Assembly: GCA_964511575.1 (NCBI GenBank)
Contig: CAZEFM010000005.1
Coordinates: 6,232 to 70,231 of the forward strand
Length of the DNA: 64,000 nucleotides
Source: an uncultured Phycisphaeraceae bacterium
GTDB taxonomy: Bacteria; Planctomycetota; Phycisphaerae; Phycisphaerales; Phycisphaeraceae
Direction of reading: 5' to 3'
Position 1 is the stretch's first letter, and every line of letters starts with the position of its first letter. Positions 32,627 to 43,078 of this stretch are shown here, piece after piece. Both the position numbers and the translations under genes were made by a program. The notes beneath the pieces were generated by a model. It saw only the letters and a list, made by a program, of their open reading frames with translations. It was not told the DNA's origin and made no database searches.

Positions 32627-35600
32627 ATGAATATCGAGGGTGGTGCAGACAAGGCGAATGCAAAGCAGGCGGTCAACACCCGGCGGCGCGGCAGGCGTTT
32701 GCTGTGGGGCATTGGCATCGCGCTGGGGGTGCTGCTGCTGATTGTTCTTCTGATCCCGACCCTGCTGAGCACGGGGCCGGCAACGCGGTATATCAGTTCC
32801 GTTGTAAGCGATGCGATTCCGGGTAGTGTCGAGATGGGCGACCTGTCGCTCGGGTGGTTCGGCGGGCAGCGTGTTGCACGGCTGCAACTCAACGACCCGG
32901 AGGGGAAGCCCGTGGGGGTGGTCGATGAGATCGACATGCCCGATGCGTCCCTGTGGCGCCTTCTGCGAGGCGATCTGAACCTGGGCGCGGTGACGATCGT
33001 CAACGATTACATCGACATTGTGGAGTACTCCGACCGCACGACCAACCTGTCGCGTGCGTTGGGGTTGGAGCCGGTTGAAGACGATGATGAGGCGGCTCCC
33101 TCCCGCACGCCCGAGGAGCGACAGGAGCAGCGTGCGGATCTGCGCATGCGGCTGTCGATCAGCGGTGGGCGGATCACTTACACGCCACACGATGGCGATC
33201 CGGTGGAGGTCACCGATTTTGCGTTGGATCTCAATGCGCCGTCGATTGAGGCGATCGATGGTGAGCTGCGTGCGACGGTGACGCAGGCGGGGCAGAAGGG
33301 GCAGTTGCAGGCGACGGGGCAGGTACGCAACCTGTTTGATGCGAGCGGGGCGCCGACGCCGCGACAGGCGACGATGCGCATCGATGCGGATTTGACGGAT
33401 GTGCCGGTGCTGCCGTTGGATCGGCTGTTGAACCTGCGCGGGCGGCTGGTGGCGGTGACGGGAACGATGGAGTCGGGGCAGGTGCGCATTTCCGGGCCGC
33501 TGCTGAACCCGGACATCATGCAGATGGTGGCGCGGGGGGATCGGTTCACGATGGATGTTGATTTGCGTGGCACGGAGGCGTCGGTCCGTGCGGAGCGTGA
33601 CTCGGTGGTGCGGTTTACGGTCACGCCGGATGCATGGCCTGTGCTGGTGGAGGATCACGCGACACTGGCGGAGAGCAAGCTGCTTCAGCCGTTCGATGTG
33701 ACGGTGGTGCTGCAGAATCTGGAGCTGCCGCGTGAGATGGGGCAGATCGATTTGCCCGAAGGGTCGATGGCGGCGGAGGTGACGGTGACGGATGTGGTCA
33801 TCGCGACCGGCAACGAGCGCATCGGCACGCTGGCGCTGCGCGGCGCGAACATGACCGTGCGGTCGGCGGCGATCGGTGAGTCGATCAACGCGGTGGTTCA
33901 CGCCATTGCCGAGCAGGATGGCAACCAGGGGCAGGTGGAACTGGTGGCGAACCTCAACAACCTGTTGCTGGCGGATCAGTCGTTCAATGCGGATGGATAC
34001 AGCGCGACGGTCGACGGGAACATCAGCGATCTTCCGATGGCGGTGCTGGATGAGCTGGCGGCCATGCAGGGGTCGCTGGTTGCGATGCTGGGGCCGAAGC
34101 TGCAGGCGACGATGCGTGCGGAGTTACGGCCGGTGGTTGATGGTGAAGGGGTGGCGGGGCCCATCGAATTGACGGCACGGGCGGACAATTTGTCGCTTCG
34201 GTTTGTGGGCACGCAGCAGCCTGAGCAGTTCACGCTCAGTGAGCCGGCCGAGCTGGCGATGACGCTGCAACCCGGCGTGCTCGATGAGTTGAAGCGGGCG
34301 TTTCCGGCGGTTGCGGATGCGTTGATGGAGTTGAACGTGACCGAGCCGGGGCGTGTGGCGGTGCGATTGACACATCTGCGTGTGCCGTGGCATGAGGGCG
34401 CGGATGATTCGTTTGACGTGGGTACGGTGGAGGCGGCCGCAACGGCAACGGTGGAGAATCTGCGGCTGACGGGTGACTCCCGGTTAGATGGGTTGGAGGT
34501 GAGCACGCTGGAACTACAGGTGCCGCAGACGCGATTAGGTGAGCCGATTCGCTTTGAGAGTCAGGGGCAGTGGCGTGTGAACGGGGTGCCTTCGACGCTG
34601 CAGCTTGCCGGCACGGTGACGGGGGCGCTCGAAGGTGCGATGCAGCTTGCCTTGGAAGGGACGGTGGAAGGCCTGCCGGTGGCGTTGATCGATGGCTTTG
34701 CCGATCAGGGCGGGCAGTTGATCACGTTGCTGGGGGATCGCATTGCGACGACCCGGTTTGAGGTGACCAGTGACGGGCCGGAGCGTTACGCGTTCACAGC
34801 GGGGGTGATGTCTTCGCAGTTCAATGCGAATGTGTCGGGTGCGTATGCATCGACGGGGCTGTCGCTTGCGGAAGGTTCCCAGGCGCAGTTCACGTTGTCG
34901 CCCGAGGCATTCGCGGCCCTGCAGCAGACGGACGGTGAAGGAGGCGATGCCACCAACGAGCAGACGGTGCAGTTGCGTGAGCCTTTGACACTGAACCTTG
35001 CCGTGCAACAGTTGCAACTCGCCTGGCGCGAGGGTGACGAGGAAGGCGATGCGGGTGCGGCACGTGCGATCGATCCCGCCAACACGCACATTGCGTTGCG
35101 ATTGAGCAGTGCCGGTGCGGCGTTCACCACCGGTACGTTCGACGAGACGTTTGAGTTGCGCAACATCAACGTGGCGCTTGCGGCTGCCGATCTGCGCGAG
35201 GCGCTGACGATCAACGCCAACGCTGACCTCGGGATGACGCAGGTGGTGGGCGATGCGGGCGATCAACGCCCCGACGCGGTGGCAGAGGCGCAGCCGATGC
35301 GTGGGCGTCTGACATCGCAGACGACGTTGAGCGACCTGATCGACGACGCGGGGCAGATGCGGCCGCTTGCGCAGGTGTCGTACGAAACGCAGACGCAGAT
35401 TCGCTCGTTGCCGACCGCGATGGTGGATGTGCTGTTGCAGCAGGATGGGCTGCTGCCGGTGGTGCTGGGCAGCCAACTGGATCAGGTGGATGTGGTGGTG
35501 CGGACGGATCCGAACGATCCGGCGGCGATGACGCTTGCCGCTCGGGTGATGTCGCCACGGGTGAATGTGCCGTTGACCGGCCGACTGGTGCGGGAGCCGG

Positions 35601-37255
35601 CCATGCAGGTGGTGGTGCGTGGCGATGGTCCAGCCACCTTGCAGTTGACGCCCGAAGCATTCGCCGCGTTGCGTCAGCGCATCGAGGGCATGGATGCGGG
35701 TGACGAGCAGCCCGCGGCGCCTGGTGACCGTCCTGAGGCCGGGGATGCCCCGCTGGATGTACGGCTGGCGCGCGACACCACGTTCGAATTGCAGTTGCAG
35801 CAACTGGCAATCGGTTTTCGTGACGACCGACAGGTTCAGGCGGTTGATGAGGAGCAGCAGGGCGAGCGACCGGCATACGACCCGCAGCGAACGGGCATCA
35901 TCGCCACGCTCCGTGCGCCTGAAGTTCGGTTGCTGATCCAACGTGAGGGGGGTGTCGACACGCTCGATGGTGATCTGCAGATGGATATCGACATCCCTGC
36001 GCTGGTGCAGCCGGGACGCATCTCGCTTCGCGGTGATACAGCCGTCACACCGCAGGGCGAAGCCAATGCGGTGCGCGGCAGCATCGATTCGCAGACGAAC
36101 GTCACCGACATGGTGAACGCCCGCGGCGAACTCGATCTGATGGCGGCGCGTTACCAGACAAACACGCGCATTGAAGAGTTGCCCGTTGCGCCGGTCGATG
36201 CGTTGCTGGGCATGGACAATCAGTTGGTGGCTGTGCTGGGGCACCGTGCCTCCATGCGGGCGGTGGGGCGGTTCACTTTCGATGGTGAAGCGGACGATCT
36301 GGACATCACGCTCAACTCCGAGAATGCGCAGGGCGCGGTGGCGGCGACGATCGGCAAGGACATCACGCTTCGCGAGGATTTCGTTGGCACGCTGCGGGTG
36401 ACGCCGGAGGTCGCCGATGCGCTACTCAAGTATGGCAACCCGCTGTTGATCGATGCGACGAGTGCAACCGAACCGATTCGGCTGACGATTCGCCACGATA
36501 CATTCCGCGTGCCGCTGGCGCTGTTTCGTACCAATCGTGAGCAGGCTCTGCGTGAGTTGTCGCTCGATGCCGAGTTGAGGCTGGGCACGATCATGCTGCA
36601 GGACAGTTGGCTGCTCGGCGCGCTGGCGCCGGAGATGCAGCGGCTGGGGAGACTTGTGAACGGCAACATCCCGGGCATCGGCGGCGACCAGCAGGCCAAC
36701 TTCACCACGCTTCAGGTCACCGTGCGCGATGGCTTTGCCCGCAGCAACGACCTGTGGATGCACGTGCCCAACGCGATCGTCGGGGTGCAGGGCGGGGTGA
36801 ACCTCAGCACGCAGTACGCCAACCTCAGCATCGGCCTGGGGAGCCAGACGTTGCGGCAGATCTCCGCGTTGCGTGACTACATTCCCGACAACGAGATTTT
36901 CCCCATTTCGGTTCGTGGGCCGTTGTCGGAACTGCGACAGAATGTCGACTTCTCGCCGTTGTTCGGGCCCGTGGCGACGTCGCTGGCGCAGCGGTTCGGC
37001 GGCGATCAGGGGGCGCTCATCGGTGGGATCCTGCGAGGGCTGGGGCAGGTGACGCTCCCGCGTGCTGCCCGGCGTGACTGGCCCAATTACCCGCAGGATC
37101 TGGTGCTCAACCCCGCGCGTGACGGACAGCAGCCGCAACAACCCGGCGATCAACCTCCGCAGGGCGAGCCGTCCGAACCTCCCGCCGAACAGCCGCGTGA
37201 ACAACCCCGCGAACGCCCCGGCCTCGGCGACCTGCTTGATCGGCTGCGCCGTTAA
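32627..37255 (+). CDS. very large N-terminally membrane-anchored repeat protein (AsmA/TamB-like candidate)
   Basis: 1542-aa ORF with one N-terminal TM helix ('LLWGIGIALGVLLLIVLLIPTLL'). It has a long beta-rich body with internal repeats (see findings) and a Pro/Gln/Glu-rich tail. The family call is tentative. Confidence 0.65.
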   Translation: MNIEGGADKANAKQAVNTRRRGRRLLWGIGIALGVLLLIVLLIPTLLSTGPATRYISSVVSDAIPGSVEMGDLSLGWFGGQRVARLQLNDPEGKPVGVVDEIDMPDASLWRLLRGDLNLGAVTIVNDYIDIVEYSDRTTNLSRALGLEPVEDDDEAAPSRTPEERQEQRADLRMRLSISGGRITYTPHDGDPVEVTDFALDLNAPSIEAIDGELRATVTQAGQKGQLQATGQVRNLFDASGAPTPRQATMRIDADLTDVPVLPLDRLLNLRGRLVAVTGTMESGQVRISGPLLNPDIMQMVARGDRFTMDVDLRGTEASVRAERDSVVRFTVTPDAWPVLVEDHATLAESKLLQPFDVTVVLQNLELPREMGQIDLPEGSMAAEVTVTDVVIATGNERIGTLALRGANMTVRSAAIGESINAVVHAIAEQDGNQGQVELVANLNNLLLADQSFNADGYSATVDGNISDLPMAVLDELAAMQGSLVAMLGPKLQATMRAELRPVVDGEGVAGPIELTARADNLSLRFVGTQQPEQFTLSEPAELAMTLQPGVLDELKRAFPAVADALMELNVTEPGRVAVRLTHLRVPWHEGADDSFDVGTVEAAATATVENLRLTGDSRLDGLEVSTLELQVPQTRLGEPIRFESQGQWRVNGVPSTLQLAGTVTGALEGAMQLALEGTVEGLPVALIDGFADQGGQLITLLGDRIATTRFEVTSDGPERYAFTAGVMSSQFNANVSGAYASTGLSLAEGSQAQFTLSPEAFAALQQTDGEGGDATNEQTVQLREPLTLNLAVQQLQLAWREGDEEGDAGAARAIDPANTHIALRLSSAGAAFTTGTFDETFELRNINVALAAADLREALTINANADLGMTQVVGDAGDQRPDAVAEAQPMRGRLTSQTTLSDLIDDAGQMRPLAQVSYETQTQIRSLPTAMVDVLLQQDGLLPVVLGSQLDQVDVVVRTDPNDPAAMTLAARVMSPRVNVPLTGRLVREPAMQVVVRGDGPATLQLTPEAFAALRQRIEGMDAGDEQPAAPGDRPEAGDAPLDVRLARDTTFELQLQQLAIGFRDDRQVQAVDEEQQGERPAYDPQRTGIIATLRAPEVRLLIQREGGVDTLDGDLQMDIDIPALVQPGRISLRGDTAVTPQGEANAVRGSIDSQTNVTDMVNARGELDLMAARYQTNTRIEELPVAPVDALLGMDNQLVAVLGHRASMRAVGRFTFDGEADDLDITLNSENAQGAVAATIGKDITLREDFVGTLRVTPEVADALLKYGNPLLIDATSATEPIRLTIRHDTFRVPLALFRTNREQALRELSLDAELRLGTIMLQDSWLLGALAPEMQRLGRLVNGNIPGIGGDQQANFTTLQVTVRDGFARSNDLWMHVPNAIVGVQGGVNLSTQYANLSIGLGSQTLRQISALRDYIPDNEIFPISVRGPLSELRQNVDFSPLFGPVATSLAQRFGGDQGALIGGILRGLGQVTLPRAARRDWPNYPQDLVLNPARDGQQPQQPGDQPPQGEPSEPPAEQPREQPRERPGLGDLLDRLRR

Positions 37256-37259
37256 GCGT

Positions 37260-38177
37260 TTACAGCAGCAATCCGAGCAGGAACATGATGGTGAAAAGGC
37301 GCAGCAGAGTCATCACCACGCACAGGATCGCCGTTTCGAAGAAGTCCAGGTCGAACAGCTTGGACAGACACGAGCCGACGATCAGAAAATAAATCAGCGG
37401 GTAGACGAACAACGCGGCAATGCCGAAGACAAAAGGCGAGACAAGTGCCGCCACCATGTCGGCGAACGACAGCGCCCCGATCGCGATCGCGGAAAGCTTG
37501 AGAATGGCGATTTGCAGCGGGCCGAAGCCGACATCCAGGAGCTGCGCAACTATCCATACACAAAGAAGCAGCAGCGGCACCATCACGACAGTCTGTATGG
37601 CGAGGCTGACGCCGGTTCGAATCGCGGCCGAGACGGTGAAACCTAGTTCATACACCGTCACGCCGCCCGTGAAGAGAACGCCCGCGAGCAGCAGCAGCAC
37701 CGGCAGTCTGACATCAATCCAGTTCGCTTGCCGCAGAACATCGGCTTCCATTTCCGCGTCGCGCTTGGCCCGTTTGGCTTCCGCGTCGGTGGGCGGGGGC
37801 GCATCGCCCGCTTCAATCGGCTCCTGCACCTGTGGCTTGCGCACCGCGTTTTCACGAATGTCGAAACCACAGTTGAGGCACAGCACCGCGCCATCGGACA
37901 TGGGCAGGTTGCACATCGGACACTTGCCACCGAGGCGTACCGTTGTGTTGCCCGAAGGTGACCCCATTTCGGGCGCATCGGTGGGCAGGTTCAATTCGTA
38001 ACCCATATCCTCGCTGTGGTCTTCCTGTGGAACAGGCTCAGTCGTTGGGTCACTGTCGGGCATGACCATCACCGCGCCACAGGCACAGCGCACTTTCTTC
38101 CCCGCCAGTTCCGCTTTCCAGCGGTAGCGCTTGTCACATTCGGGACACGTCACTGGATGAGTCGCCGCATCATGCAT
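37260..38177 (-). CDS. membrane protein with two N-terminal zinc-ribbon motifs
   Basis: 'CPECDKRY...CACG' and 'CPMCNLP...CLNCG' are followed by four or five TM helices (Yip1-like look). Confidence 0.65.
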   Translation of the reverse strand: MHDAATHPVTCPECDKRYRWKAELAGKKVRCACGAVMVMPDSDPTTEPVPQEDHSEDMGYELNLPTDAPEMGSPSGNTTVRLGGKCPMCNLPMSDGAVLCLNCGFDIRENAVRKPQVQEPIEAGDAPPPTDAEAKRAKRDAEMEADVLRQANWIDVRLPVLLLLAGVLFTGGVTVYELGFTVSAAIRTGVSLAIQTVVMVPLLLLCVWIVAQLLDVGFGPLQIAILKLSAIAIGALSFADMVAALVSPFVFGIAALFVYPLIYFLIVGSCLSKLFDLDFFETAILCVVMTLLRLFTIMFLLGLLL

Positions 38178-38451
38178 GGCTCACCTCTCTGACTTCGAGA
38201 CGCTTGCGCGCGACCCATCGCGTCTTCGCCTGCAACCATCGGTCCGGTGAACTGTTCATCGGTGTCGTCCCCCTGTGAGATGGCGAAATGCCCCACGGGA
38301 ATCGCTCTGTCCGGCCAGTCCGTCGCGGCGCGACCCACCTATTCTGACCGCAATCCGTCCGGAACCGCAAGCATCAACCCACCACCGTACCGCCATAGTC
38401 CTATCGGCGAAGCGACGGGGTTACGCTCCAATGATCGAAGTCCTGCCGCAA

Positions 38452-39732
38452 TCAGGCGTAACAAACCAGCTTTCGCCCCTCACGCAGGATGAGGTGCCCG
38501 CGATGCTGACCGACACACGTTGCGGTTGGCACCGTCTTTCGTTCGCCGAGCACCTCGCCGGAGTTGTGGTCAACGGCGACGAGCGTGGCAGCGACCTTCA
38601 CATTCATCAGTGTCTCGCCGTCGCGGACGCGGGGCACATCGCGGTATGTGACGTGTTTTAGCCAGAGAATGTTGCCCGCCCGGGCGAGCAAACGCGCGCC
38701 CGCTGCAGCATCGCCGAGTTTCGCCTCGCGCGGACTGGTCAACGTGGACTGCGTCGACCACACCTCCTTGCCCGTGATCGGCTCGTATGCAGCCACCACC
38801 CGCAACTGGCCCGCCACGGATGTCTCGCGCAACTCTTCGGTGATCAGCAGATCGGTGGCGTCGTGCGGCGGATGCGCCAGGCCACCCGTCCAGACCCGTT
38901 GCGGGCTGCCGCCCTGTTCCGAGCGTCCACGCCACAATTCCTGGCCGTCGCGGGCATCGAGCACGACAAACACGCCGCTGAACCAGGTCACCGGCCCCTC
39001 GCTGACGACAAGATAGTGGCGCATCGGCCAACGTTGATAGACCTGAACGTTCTTACCATATGTATCGGTGACGATCGGCGCGGAGACCTCCCAGCGACAC
39101 GTTCCTGATGCAAGGTCAATGCATCGCAACCGTCGCTCAGGGTCGCTGCGATCATCGGATGACCAGTTTAGGATGTATCCCGCAAGGGCCTCGGCGGACG
39201 TCAACTTGTGGCTGAAGATGTCGACATCGAAAGGCAACTGCAAAAGGTGGGGCTGGTCCGGGGGACAGTCGACCGTTCGGCCCGTCTCAACGTGAACCCA
39301 TTGCCGATCACGGTTGTCACGCCGCCATTCGCCGACGACAGGCTGGAAGTATTCCACGGGGAATGGATCCGTCGGGATCGTCTCGCCTGTTTGGGCATCG
39401 AGCGTGACGGATCCGTTCGCGAGATAGAGCTTGCCGTGAGCGGCATGAATGTCGCGGGTTCGAGCGAGTGAGATATTCGATTTGGCGACGCCCTCCACCA
39501 TTGGATCGGTACGCTGCCAGACGATTTCACCACTGGCGAGGTCGACAGCGACCAACTGGGTGTATTCGCAGATGGTGATCATGAGGTCGCCATCAAAAAC
39601 CACCATTCCCTCGAACTCCTTACCGGAGATGGGCAGGCTCCAGATGGGATTTGCGTCTGTGCGAACGTCGGAGCTGTAGGAAACGCCCTGGGGGCTGCTT
39701 ATTGGGTGAAGCGAATCGGCGGGAAGGGTCAT
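38452..39732 (-). CDS. PQQ-like beta-propeller repeat protein
   Basis: Repeated 'VAVD..SGE..W' blades are present ('LVAVDLASGEIVWQR', 'LVAVDHNSGEVLGER', 'VLDARDGQELWR'). No signal peptide is seen. Confidence 0.7.
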   Translation of the reverse strand: MTLPADSLHPISSPQGVSYSSDVRTDANPIWSLPISGKEFEGMVVFDGDLMITICEYTQLVAVDLASGEIVWQRTDPMVEGVAKSNISLARTRDIHAAHGKLYLANGSVTLDAQTGETIPTDPFPVEYFQPVVGEWRRDNRDRQWVHVETGRTVDCPPDQPHLLQLPFDVDIFSHKLTSAEALAGYILNWSSDDRSDPERRLRCIDLASGTCRWEVSAPIVTDTYGKNVQVYQRWPMRHYLVVSEGPVTWFSGVFVVLDARDGQELWRGRSEQGGSPQRVWTGGLAHPPHDATDLLITEELRETSVAGQLRVVAAYEPITGKEVWSTQSTLTSPREAKLGDAAAGARLLARAGNILWLKHVTYRDVPRVRDGETLMNVKVAATLVAVDHNSGEVLGERKTVPTATCVGQHRGHLILREGRKLVCYA

Positions 39733-39941
39733 GCGGTACTCCGGAAAGTGAAGGATTCAGCACGTAGTCTAACGGACGGCCGGCAAGGGGGAACTGGGGT
39801 TGGCGGGTGGGGCGATGGCGCGGGCTCCTCGAGGGGCGAGGGCTGCATTGGCGGCGGTCCGGGGCGAGCTCCGGGGGGCGCTCCGCGTGGGGGGATTTTC
39901 TCTTATGCTTTGTGCAACCGGGCGGCATGGAGTGAATCGGA

Positions 39942-41051
39942 ATGAGCGTGCCTTTGTTGGATTTGAACGAGCAGCACCGCCCCCTGATGGGGGAACTGCG
40001 CGAGGCGTTTGAGCGGGTGATGGGGTCGTCGGGGTTCATCCTCGGGCCGACCGTCGAGGCGTTCGAGGCGAATCTGGCGCGGTATTGCGGGGCGAAGCAT
40101 GCGGTGGGGGTGTCCAGCGGGACGGATGCGCTGCTGGCGGCGATGATGGCGTTGGGGGTGGAGCCGGGGGACGAGGTGATCACCACGCCGTTCAGCTTCT
40201 TCGCCACGGCGGGGAGCATTGCCCGGCTGGGGGCGAAGCCGGTGTTCGTGGACGTCGACCCGGTGACGTTCAACATGGATGTGTCGCAGGTGTCGGCGGC
40301 GGTGACGTCACGCACCGTGGCGATCATGCCGGTGCATCTGTTCGGTCTGGCGGCGGACATGGCGGCGATCAATGCGGTGGCGCAGCGGCACCACCTGCCC
40401 GTCATCGAGGATGCCGCCCAGGCGATTGGGGCACGCGACCACGACCAACCCATCGGAACGCTCGGAACCATGGGGGCGTTGAGCTTCTTCCCGACCAAGA
40501 ACCTGGGCGGGATGGGCGACTCCGGGGCGGTGCTCACCAACGATGATGCACTGGCGGCAACATTGCGGATGATCCGCGTGCACGGGGCCGACAGCACGTA
40601 TCATCACACCATGATCGGCGCCAACTTCCGCATCGATGCGCTGCAGGCGGCGATGCTGGATGTGAAACTTCGTCACCTTGACGGTTGGATCGAGGCCCGC
40701 CGCGCGAATGCCGCACGTTATGATGAGCGTTTGTCGGACGCGATGCTGGTGAAGCCGACGGCCCCGCCGCATGCGTTTCATACGTATAACCAGTACACGA
40801 TCCGGGTGAAGGACGGCCGACGCGATGCGCTGATGGCGCATCTGGCGGAACGGGGGATCGGCTGTCGGGTGTATTACCCGTTGCCGCTGCATCTGCAGCC
40901 TTGCTTCGCGTCGCTGGGTTACCAGGCGGGGCAGTTCCCCGTGTCGGAGCAGTTGGCGGCGGAAGTGTTGAGCCTGCCGATTTATCCGGAGCTGAACGTG
41001 TCGCAGTTGGATGAGGTGATTGCGGCTGTCGGGGAGTTTTCAGGGCAGTGA
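39942..41051 (+). CDS. DegT/DnrJ/EryC1/StrS-family sugar aminotransferase
   Basis: 'FILGPTVEAFEANLARYCGAKHAVGVSSGTDALLAAMMALGVEPGDEVITTPFSFFATA' and 'SFFPTKNLGGMGDSGAV' (PLP Lys). Confidence 0.9.
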   Translation: MSVPLLDLNEQHRPLMGELREAFERVMGSSGFILGPTVEAFEANLARYCGAKHAVGVSSGTDALLAAMMALGVEPGDEVITTPFSFFATAGSIARLGAKPVFVDVDPVTFNMDVSQVSAAVTSRTVAIMPVHLFGLAADMAAINAVAQRHHLPVIEDAAQAIGARDHDQPIGTLGTMGALSFFPTKNLGGMGDSGAVLTNDDALAATLRMIRVHGADSTYHHTMIGANFRIDALQAAMLDVKLRHLDGWIEARRANAARYDERLSDAMLVKPTAPPHAFHTYNQYTIRVKDGRRDALMAHLAERGIGCRVYYPLPLHLQPCFASLGYQAGQFPVSEQLAAEVLSLPIYPELNVSQLDEVIAAVGEFSGQ

Positions 41052-41878
41052 TTTCATCGTCACATAATCCGACCTCGACGCCGCCCGACGCACCGGGCGA
41101 TCCTGTCATTCGTCTGGTGGATGTGTACAAGGCGTTTGGTCGGCTGCGTGTTCTGGAGGGGGTGAGCCTGTCGTTTGCGCGGGGCAGGAACACGGTGATT
41201 CTGGGGCCGAGCGGCGCGGGCAAAAGTGTCATTCTCAAGCACATCGTCGGACTCCTGAAGCCGGACCGCGGGGAAGTGTGGTTCGAGAACGAACGGGTCG
41301 ACACCGCCAGCGAACGTCAACTGGTCGAGATACGCAAGAAGATCGGGTTTCTGTTTCAGATGGGGGCGCTCTTCGATTCGATGAACGTGCACGACAACGT
41401 TGCGTTTCCGCTGGTGGAGCACGGCGATGTTGCGCCGGACGAACTGGAGGACCGGGCGGAACGGGTGCTGCGCATGGTGGGGCTGAGCGGGATTGGCAAG
41501 AAGATGCCGGCTGACCTTTCCGGCGGGCAGCGCAAGCGCGTCGCCCTGGCGCGGGCAATCGTGCTGAACCCGGAGGTGGTGGTTTACGATGAGCCGACAA
41601 CGGGGCTGGACCCGATTCGTTCGGACGTGATCAACGAGTTGATCGTGACGCTGCGGGATCGGCTGGGGATGACGGGGGTGATCGTCACGCACGACATGGT
41701 GAGCGCCAACAAGATTGCCGACCGAATTGTGATGCTCTACGATGGCAAAATCGCGGCGGATGGGGATCCGGAATCGATTCGCCGGAGCGAGGACGATCTG
41801 GTGCGTCGCTTCATCCGCGGCGAGGCGGACCGGGAGGACCTCGAGGCGATCAAACGCGGCTTTGAGCCGGGGGATTGA
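41048..41878 (+). CDS. mlaF: ABC transporter ATP-binding protein, MlaF-like
   Basis: Walker A 'GPSGAGKS', signature 'LSGGQRKRVALARA', Walker B 'VVVYDEPTTGLDP'. The start overlaps the DegT stop. Confidence 0.85.
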   Translation: MISSSHNPTSTPPDAPGDPVIRLVDVYKAFGRLRVLEGVSLSFARGRNTVILGPSGAGKSVILKHIVGLLKPDRGEVWFENERVDTASERQLVEIRKKIGFLFQMGALFDSMNVHDNVAFPLVEHGDVAPDELEDRAERVLRMVGLSGIGKKMPADLSGGQRKRVALARAIVLNPEVVVYDEPTTGLDPIRSDVINELIVTLRDRLGMTGVIVTHDMVSANKIADRIVMLYDGKIAADGDPESIRRSEDDLVRRFIRGEADREDLEAIKRGFEPGD

Positions 41879-41957
41879 GAGGGCGAGCAACGGAGCGAGG
41901 AAGATGGTGGTGAACCGTTGATCGAGCGATGCGAATTGTCGCGGTGAAGCAGCGAAT

Positions 41958-42983
41958 ATGCAGGAGCGTTCACGTAATTTCGCGGTGGGTCTGACGGCGA
42001 TGGCCGGGTTGGCGGTGTTTGCGGTGCTGCTGATCCTGTTTGGCGCGGCGCCGCAGCTTTTCCGCTCGGGGTATGAGATTCGGGTGTATCTGGATCAGGC
42101 GGGTGGGTTGCGTGCCGCCAGCCGCGTGACATACAACGGAATCGATGTGGGCGATGTGCAATCGGTGGCGCTGGCGCCGGCACCGCGGCACGGCGTGGTG
42201 GTTGTGGCGCATATCGATGAGGGGGTGTCGCTGCCAACCGATGTGAATGCGACCGTGTCGGGGCCGCTTTTCGGCGGGAGCCCGGCATTGGCGCTGAGTT
42301 GGACGCCCAAAGACGGCGAAGAGCCGGAGGCGTACCTGCCGACGGATGGTACGGCGGCGATTGACGGCAGCGCGGCATCACTGGCCGAGGGGCTCGCCAA
42401 TCGTTTGAGCGCCGAACTGCGCGAGCCGTTGCGCGAGTTGCAGCGGGTAAGCGCCAGCTTTGAGGTGCTCAGCGCCGAATGGACGCGCGTGGGGCAGAAC
42501 ATCAATCAGCTTGTGGAGCCACGCACGCCGGAGACGGTGGACGGTGGCGATGCGATGGGGAACCTGGCGAGCATGATTGCGCGGGCCGACGCCCGCATGG
42601 CGGAGCTGCGTGAGGTGCTGGGGAGGATGAACAACACGCTCGAAGGCGCGCAGCGCTGGGTCGAGAATGAGGAGCTTCGCGACAACGTGCAGGCGACGGT
42701 CGCCAACGCGCGCGAGCTGACGGCGAACCTCAACGCGAAGATCGATGTGCTCAGCAAACGCTATGTCGCGGTGGCGGACGACCTGTCGGCGGCAATTCGG
42801 ACGCTGAACCAGACGGCGGAACTGGCGCGCAGCGGCGAGGGAACGGTGGGTAAGCTGCTCAACGATCCGTCGCTTTACAACAACCTCAATGATGCGGCCG
42901 CACGGCTGAAGCTGGCAATGGATGAACTGAACCTGCTGTTGGAGCAGTTTCGCGAGGAGGGGCTGCCGCTGCAGTTCGAATAA
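41958..42983 (+). CDS. mlaD: MCE/MlaD-family substrate-binding protein
   Basis: N-terminal TM helix, then an MCE core ('YEIRVYLDQAGGLRAASRVTYNGIDVGDVQSVAL') and a long helical C-terminal extension. Confidence 0.8.
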   Translation: MQERSRNFAVGLTAMAGLAVFAVLLILFGAAPQLFRSGYEIRVYLDQAGGLRAASRVTYNGIDVGDVQSVALAPAPRHGVVVVAHIDEGVSLPTDVNATVSGPLFGGSPALALSWTPKDGEEPEAYLPTDGTAAIDGSAASLAEGLANRLSAELREPLRELQRVSASFEVLSAEWTRVGQNINQLVEPRTPETVDGGDAMGNLASMIARADARMAELREVLGRMNNTLEGAQRWVENEELRDNVQATVANARELTANLNAKIDVLSKRYVAVADDLSAAIRTLNQTAELARSGEGTVGKLLNDPSLYNNLNDAAARLKLAMDELNLLLEQFREEGLPLQFE

Positions 42984-43078
42984 GCGGCTTCCGTCCATAT
43001 GGCTGAACGATGGCGTCTCGCCACCGTTTCCCCTCCCGACGCGGTGTGATGCCGGGGCGGCTGCGGCTGAACAATCCC

